A stretch of DNA of 38,938 bases from the IMG/VR virus record IMGVR_UViG_3300044738_000035, positions 1-38,938 of that record. One strand, 5' to 3'. Below the pieces are notes generated by a model. That model was not told where the DNA came from and ran no database searches. It saw nothing but the letters and a program-made list of their open reading frames with translations. This document shows, in pieces, positions 35,125 through 38,938 of the stretch. How positions within the stretch are numbered: position 1 is the stretch's first letter; every line of letters starts with the position of its first letter. This DNA is from a virus (Duplodnaviria; Caudoviricetes). A program made the translations under genes and the position numbers.

Positions 35125-35174
35125 AAGTGCAGCTAATAAGTGCGTGCGACACTTATTAGCTGCACTTTCTTTTC
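35125..35174 (+). terminator. 18-bp perfect hairpin with T-rich tail between scaffold and MCP genes
   Basis: AAGTGCAGCTAATAAGTG-CGTGCGA-CACTTATTAGCTGCACTT then TCTTTT. Confidence 0.6.
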
Positions 35175-35210
35175 GCACACCCCGATTAGCCTTCCAAAAA
35201 GGAGCACCGC

Positions 35211-36062
35211 ATGTCAGTCGATAATTTCATCCCTACAGTCTGGTCAGGCTCACTGCTCGCCAGCCTGAAGAAGGCGCTCGTCCTGGCGCAGCCCGGAGTC
35301 GTCAACACAGACTACGAGGGCGAGATCACCAAGCAGGGCGACCAGGTCAAGATCAACTTCGTCGGCGAGATCACCGTCTTCAACGTGACGCGCGGCGCGG
35401 ACATCCCCGACCCGGAAGATGTTGACACGGCCGCCACCACCCTCGTCATCGACCAGTCGGAGGGCTTCAACTTCTCGGTGGACGACGTGGACAAGGTGCA
35501 GGCGAAGGGCGACGTCGTCCCGTCGGCGATGAACGAGGCCGCCTTCAAGCTCCGCGACAACGCCGACCGCTCCATCGCCGCCCTCTACCCCTACGCCGCC
35601 TCCGCGAACCTCATCGGCGACGACACGACGCCGAAGGTGCCGACCGCCGACACGGCCTATGAATACCTCGTAGACATGGGCGTGCTGCTCGACGAGGCGA
35701 ACGTCCCGACCGAGGGGCGCTGGGCGGCCATCCCGCCGTGGTTCTACGGCCTGCTTCAGAAGGACAAGCGGTTCGTCTACGCGGGCACGGTGCGTAGCGA
35801 CGAGGTTCTGCGTAACGGCGAGGTCGGCGAGGCCGCCGGCTTCCGCATCCTGCGCACGAACAACGTCAGCCACACGGCGGGGACGAAGTACAAGATCATG
35901 GCTGGCTACCCCGGCGCCATCACTTACGCCGACCAGATCGTCTCGGTCGAGGCGTACCGCCCGGAAAAGCGGTTCGCCGACGCGGTCAAGGGCCTTCACG
36001 TCTACGGACGCAAGGTCATTCGGCCGCAGGGACTCGTTGTGCTCACGGCTAACAAGTCGTAA
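35211..36062 (+). CDS. Major capsid protein (P22 coat/N4-gp56-like HK97 fold)
   Basis: FIPTVWS, DYEGEI..GDQVKI, LDEANVPTEGR, FADAVKGLHVYG. Confidence 0.92.
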   Translation: MSVDNFIPTVWSGSLLASLKKALVLAQPGVVNTDYEGEITKQGDQVKINFVGEITVFNVTRGADIPDPEDVDTAATTLVIDQSEGFNFSVDDVDKVQAKGDVVPSAMNEAAFKLRDNADRSIAALYPYAASANLIGDDTTPKVPTADTAYEYLVDMGVLLDEANVPTEGRWAAIPPWFYGLLQKDKRFVYAGTVRSDEVLRNGEVGEAAGFRILRTNNVSHTAGTKYKIMAGYPGAITYADQIVSVEAYRPEKRFADAVKGLHVYGRKVIRPQGLVVLTANKS

Positions 36063-36147
36063 GGGCCGGCTGACCCGCGAGACCCGGACGCATCGTCGCC
36101 GCGCGCGATGATGCCGGCGTTCACCCTTCAATGAGGAGAGTAGAGAG

Positions 36148-36543
36148 ATGGCGCTTCTTACCGCACTGACAGTCACCGACCTGACCGCGAACGGCTCCGT
36201 CGCGCAGCCCGCAGTCAACACCATTGACACCAACGGCACTGTGCCCGTGGCCATCGCGAGCGCGCACGAGCGCGTCCTGCTCGAAGTCATCAACGCCGAC
36301 GACGCGGCGCTGACCGTCACCGTCGAGTCGGGGAGCGAAGGCGCGGGCGCCGGGCGCGCCGGCATCGGCGACCTGGTCGTCGCGCTCTCGGCCACGGGCG
36401 GCGGCACTGACAAGAAGATCATCGGCCCCTTCGAGCCGGCGCGCTTCATGCAGGCCGACGGCAAGCTGAACGTCACCTTCACGGCGGCGACCGGCGCGCC
36501 CAACGCGACCGTGCGCTGCTACCGCCTGCCGAAGTCGGCCTGA
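36148..36543 (+). CDS. Probable capsid decoration/head protein
   Basis: Beta-rich 131 aa protein after MCP (IIGPFEPARFMQADG). Confidence 0.55.
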   Translation: MALLTALTVTDLTANGSVAQPAVNTIDTNGTVPVAIASAHERVLLEVINADDAALTVTVESGSEGAGAGRAGIGDLVVALSATGGGTDKKIIGPFEPARFMQADGKLNVTFTAATGAPNATVRCYRLPKSA

Positions 36544-36553
36544 AGGTAGCGCC

Positions 36554-36901
36554 GTGCCCTGGTACGTCAACACAAAGACGGGCGTTCGGTGGGACATCGG
36601 GGATGAAGTCACCCTCAAGATAGTCCGCGCCGACCCCGTCTTCGAGCCCTGCGAATCGCCCCAAGCGCCTGCGCAGGCCGAAGACCCCGGCGGAGCTGCC
36701 GAGAGGGTGCTCCCGGTAGAGACGGGCGGCGGGATTGTTCGTCCCGCCGCCCCTCCGCCGGGGCCGTCCGTCGTCGGTGAGGGCGGGCCCGAGGTCTTCA
36801 TCCCCCAACAACCACAAGGAGCGGCGAGCGATGTCAGTCCGTCCGGCGATGGAAAGCCTGATCAGCGAGCTAAGGGCGCTGGTCGGCGACGTGGTCGGTG
36901 A
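36554..36901 (+). CDS. Small head-associated protein carrying a TMP-C-terminus-like motif
   Basis: Short folded N-terminus, then TGGGIV...VVGEGGPEVFIP. Confidence 0.5.
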   Translation: MPWYVNTKTGVRWDIGDEVTLKIVRADPVFEPCESPQAPAQAEDPGGAAERVLPVETGGGIVRPAAPPPGPSVVGEGGPEVFIPQQPQGAASDVSPSGDGKPDQRAKGAGRRRGR

Positions 36902-37199
36902 AGGCAAGACCCCGGCCTTCACCGACGAAGAGATTCAGACGCGGCTCGACCGCACGCTCGACGGCGTCGCGGTCGCGGACGCGGTCGAGGCTGACTTCGA
37001 CGTCTGGTCGGCGGCGGCCGACGTCTGCGAGATGTGGGCGGCGCGCCTCAAAGACGACGTGGATTTCAAGGACGGCAACCGCGAGGTGAAGGACTCCCAG
37101 AAGGCGGCCGGGCTTCTCGTCCTGGCCGGCCGCTTCCGCCAGCGTTCCGACCGCGGCGTCGGCGTCGGCTCTCTGACGAACTCCGACTACAACACATGA
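36831..37199 (+). CDS. Head-tail adaptor
   Basis: AAGGAG RBS. ELRALVGD...FTDEEIQ..L...AAADVCEMWAA is typical of adaptors. Confidence 0.75.
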   Translation: MSVRPAMESLISELRALVGDVVGEGKTPAFTDEEIQTRLDRTLDGVAVADAVEADFDVWSAAADVCEMWAARLKDDVDFKDGNREVKDSQKAAGLLVLAGRFRQRSDRGVGVGSLTNSDYNT

Positions 37200-37534
37200 G
37201 CCCGGCCGAGCGTGCAGCCAAGATGCTGGAGCGCGAGCGCGAGAAGTTCCTCGGCGCCGGGGCCCAGCTCACTCTCTACGACAACGCGGGCGCGGCGCTC
37301 GTCGTGCTCTCCAATTCGTTCATGGTGGCGAAGAAGACCGACGTCTTGCTCGGCGAGGAGTACCACAGGGCGGAGATAGCCGAGGTCGCGGGCATGACGC
37401 AGGCGATTGCCTCGCGCGTGAAGACCGCGAAGCTCTCGACGATGACCTCGACGTTCACCGTCTCGCAGACGGAAGAGCCGACGACGGCCGCGCGCACCTG
37501 GGTTTTGCGCATGTCGCCCTTCAAAAAGTCGTAA
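37196..37534 (+). CDS. Head closure/stopper-like protein
   Basis: ATGA-coupled, beta-rich, follows the adaptor gene. Confidence 0.55.
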   Translation: MSPAERAAKMLEREREKFLGAGAQLTLYDNAGAALVVLSNSFMVAKKTDVLLGEEYHRAEIAEVAGMTQAIASRVKTAKLSTMTSTFTVSQTEEPTTAARTWVLRMSPFKKS

Positions 37535-38109
37535 TGTCCGAACTTCCCACGCCCACCGACTACGAGCTGCGCGCCGCGATGGTGGCCATCATCGCCGCGG
37601 CCGACGCTGCGGCGCTCGTCTACTCCGACTGGAAGATCGAGCTGGTCGAGGGGCGAAGCCTGAATGCCGCGCGCAACGAGGAAGGCGGCGAGCCGGGCAT
37701 GGTACACGCGGCCATGATGACGCAGCGGCACAGCCCCCGCGAGCGCGTCGGAGACGTCCCCTATGAGCCCTCGAAGACCTCGGGGACGAAGTTCGCGGTA
37801 CTGACCGCGCGCGTCTACGAGTTCCGCTTCTTCCGCCGCTACGACGACGTGCCCGAAGTCGTCACCGTCGGGGAGGGCGAGGAGGCCGAGGAGGTCTCGA
37901 AGTCAACCGAGCAGCTCTTCAACGAGTGGCTCGACCGCGTCGTTGACGGCTTCTCGAAGGCCCCGAGGCTGGGCCTGAACGCGCGCGTCGAGCGGCACGA
38001 CGAGCTGCAAGTCTCGAACCGGCGCGTCCCCTCCTACGGCGGGGAGTACGCGCACACAGCGGACGCTCTGCTGACCGTCCATCTACACGAAACAGTCACG
38101 GCAACTTAA
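37534..38109 (+). CDS. Tail terminator-like protein
   Basis: TAATG-coupled, directly upstream of the tail tube gene. Confidence 0.55.
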   Translation: MSELPTPTDYELRAAMVAIIAAADAAALVYSDWKIELVEGRSLNAARNEEGGEPGMVHAAMMTQRHSPRERVGDVPYEPSKTSGTKFAVLTARVYEFRFFRRYDDVPEVVTVGEGEEAEEVSKSTEQLFNEWLDRVVDGFSKAPRLGLNARVERHDELQVSNRRVPSYGGEYAHTADALLTVHLHETVTAT

Positions 38110-38121
38110 GGAGCACCGACC

Positions 38122-38889
38122 ATGTACTTTCTTCTTCGCGGCAACGTGGACATAGCCGAACGGCTCACGACCGGCGAGCCCGGCCCGCTTCAGGAGTTGG
38201 GCGAGACGCCCGACTTCGAGATCACGATTGACGAGGAGCGCGCCGAGAACATGAGCACCGGCGGCGTCTTCAACGAGAAAGACCTGAGCGTGACGACCTA
38301 CCTCGGCGCGAAGGGCACGATGCGGGTCAAGGAGATCGAGGGCAACAACCTCGCGCTCGCCATGTTCGGCGAGGAGTCGGCCGACGCGGGCGGCGCCGTC
38401 ACGGCGCAGGCGTTCCCCTCCGGCATCGTGGACGGCGAGAAGCACCTCCTCCCGGGGCATCCCCTGAACGTCTCCGCGCTCTCTATCGTCGACAGCGCCG
38501 TCACCCCCGCCACGCTCGCCCTCGGCTCCGACTACACGGTCGACCTGGACTTCGGCACCGTCACCTTCCTCGACGTCTCGGGCTTCACGCAGCCCTTCAA
38601 GGCGAGCTTCACCGAGGGCGCGTCGAAGGGCGTGGCCATCGGCACGAAAGTCCCCGGCGAGAAGTTCGTCTACTTCCGGGGCGTCAACATCGCCGACGAG
38701 GAGAAGCCGGTCGCGGGCGAGTTCTACCGGACGAAGTTCTCGCCGTCGAAGAAGATCACGCTCAAGACGGCCGACGGCAAGGAGGTCACGGTCTTCGAGT
38801 TCGAGCTTGAATTCCTGGCCGACCCGAAGAAGACGGCCGTCGCGCCGCTCGGCCGCCTCGGCCGCCTGCGCTACATCCCCAGCTCGTGA
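38122..38889 (+). CDS. Major tail (tube) protein
   Basis: ELGETPDFEITI, NNLALAMFG, DYTVDLDFGTVTFL, FEFELEFLADP. Confidence 0.85.
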   Translation: MYFLLRGNVDIAERLTTGEPGPLQELGETPDFEITIDEERAENMSTGGVFNEKDLSVTTYLGAKGTMRVKEIEGNNLALAMFGEESADAGGAVTAQAFPSGIVDGEKHLLPGHPLNVSALSIVDSAVTPATLALGSDYTVDLDFGTVTFLDVSGFTQPFKASFTEGASKGVAIGTKVPGEKFVYFRGVNIADEEKPVAGEFYRTKFSPSKKITLKTADGKEVTVFEFELEFLADPKKTAVAPLGRLGRLRYIPSS

Positions 38890-38892
38890 TCC

Positions 38893-38912
38893 TCTCGCCG
38901 TAACTGACGAGG
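38893..38912. repeat. Copy of the dispersed palindrome
   Basis: TCTCGCCG-TAAC-TGACGAGG shares GTAACTGACGAGG with 24977-24996. Confidence 0.65.
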
Positions 38913-38938
38913 GCGACGTCGGGGTTGATGAGTCATGG

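Larger units (their letters stand above)
1..38938. mobile_element. Complete circular temperate phage genome (siphovirus-type, tyrosine integrase, tRNA-Leu attP)
   Basis: Terminase, portal, capsid, neck, tail tube, TMP, tail tip, integrase, repressor and replication genes are all present. The ends join in frame (ATG 38928 AGT CAT GG|C GTG CAG). attP is intact and no host genes are visible. Confidence 0.93.

Overview
The window is an apparently complete, circularly closed, high-GC temperate siphovirus-type phage genome of 38.9 kb. The last 11 nt join in frame to the first ORF (MSHG|VQYDDRW), and an intact attP (3' half of tRNA-Leu(CAA)) sits beside a tyrosine integrase. Modules: tail (1-13653, 38122-38889), attP/integrase/immunity (13654-16919), early/recombination/replication (16963-26485), a peptide/TPR-HTH regulatory block (26482-28466), putative lysis membrane genes, then terminases, portal, head and neck (29786-38109). 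The host is unknown. Predicted lipoprotein/periplasmic products suggest a diderm, and Acidobacteriota is only my impression from protein style. Most notable: (1) a dispersed 20-bp palindrome (CMYCGYCR-N4-YGRCGRKG, about 15 copies) at gene junctions and linkers and concentrated in and around the adenine methyltransferase gene; (2) a multi-core peptide gene (three G-[SQ]-[VT]-E-[HT]-P cores) divergent from a TPR + Fis-HTH regulator, resembling a peptide-sensing switch; (3) two fibre/spike proteins that both begin with Sec-type signal peptides, in a genome with no recognisable endolysin; (4) a repressor split into separate HTH and LexA/UmuD-type peptidase genes; (5) a phage-specific promoter motif CCGAAAATCAA-N13-TAnnnT; (6) an Acb2/Tad1-like anti-defence candidate. 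All family assignments are by eye; no searches were run.
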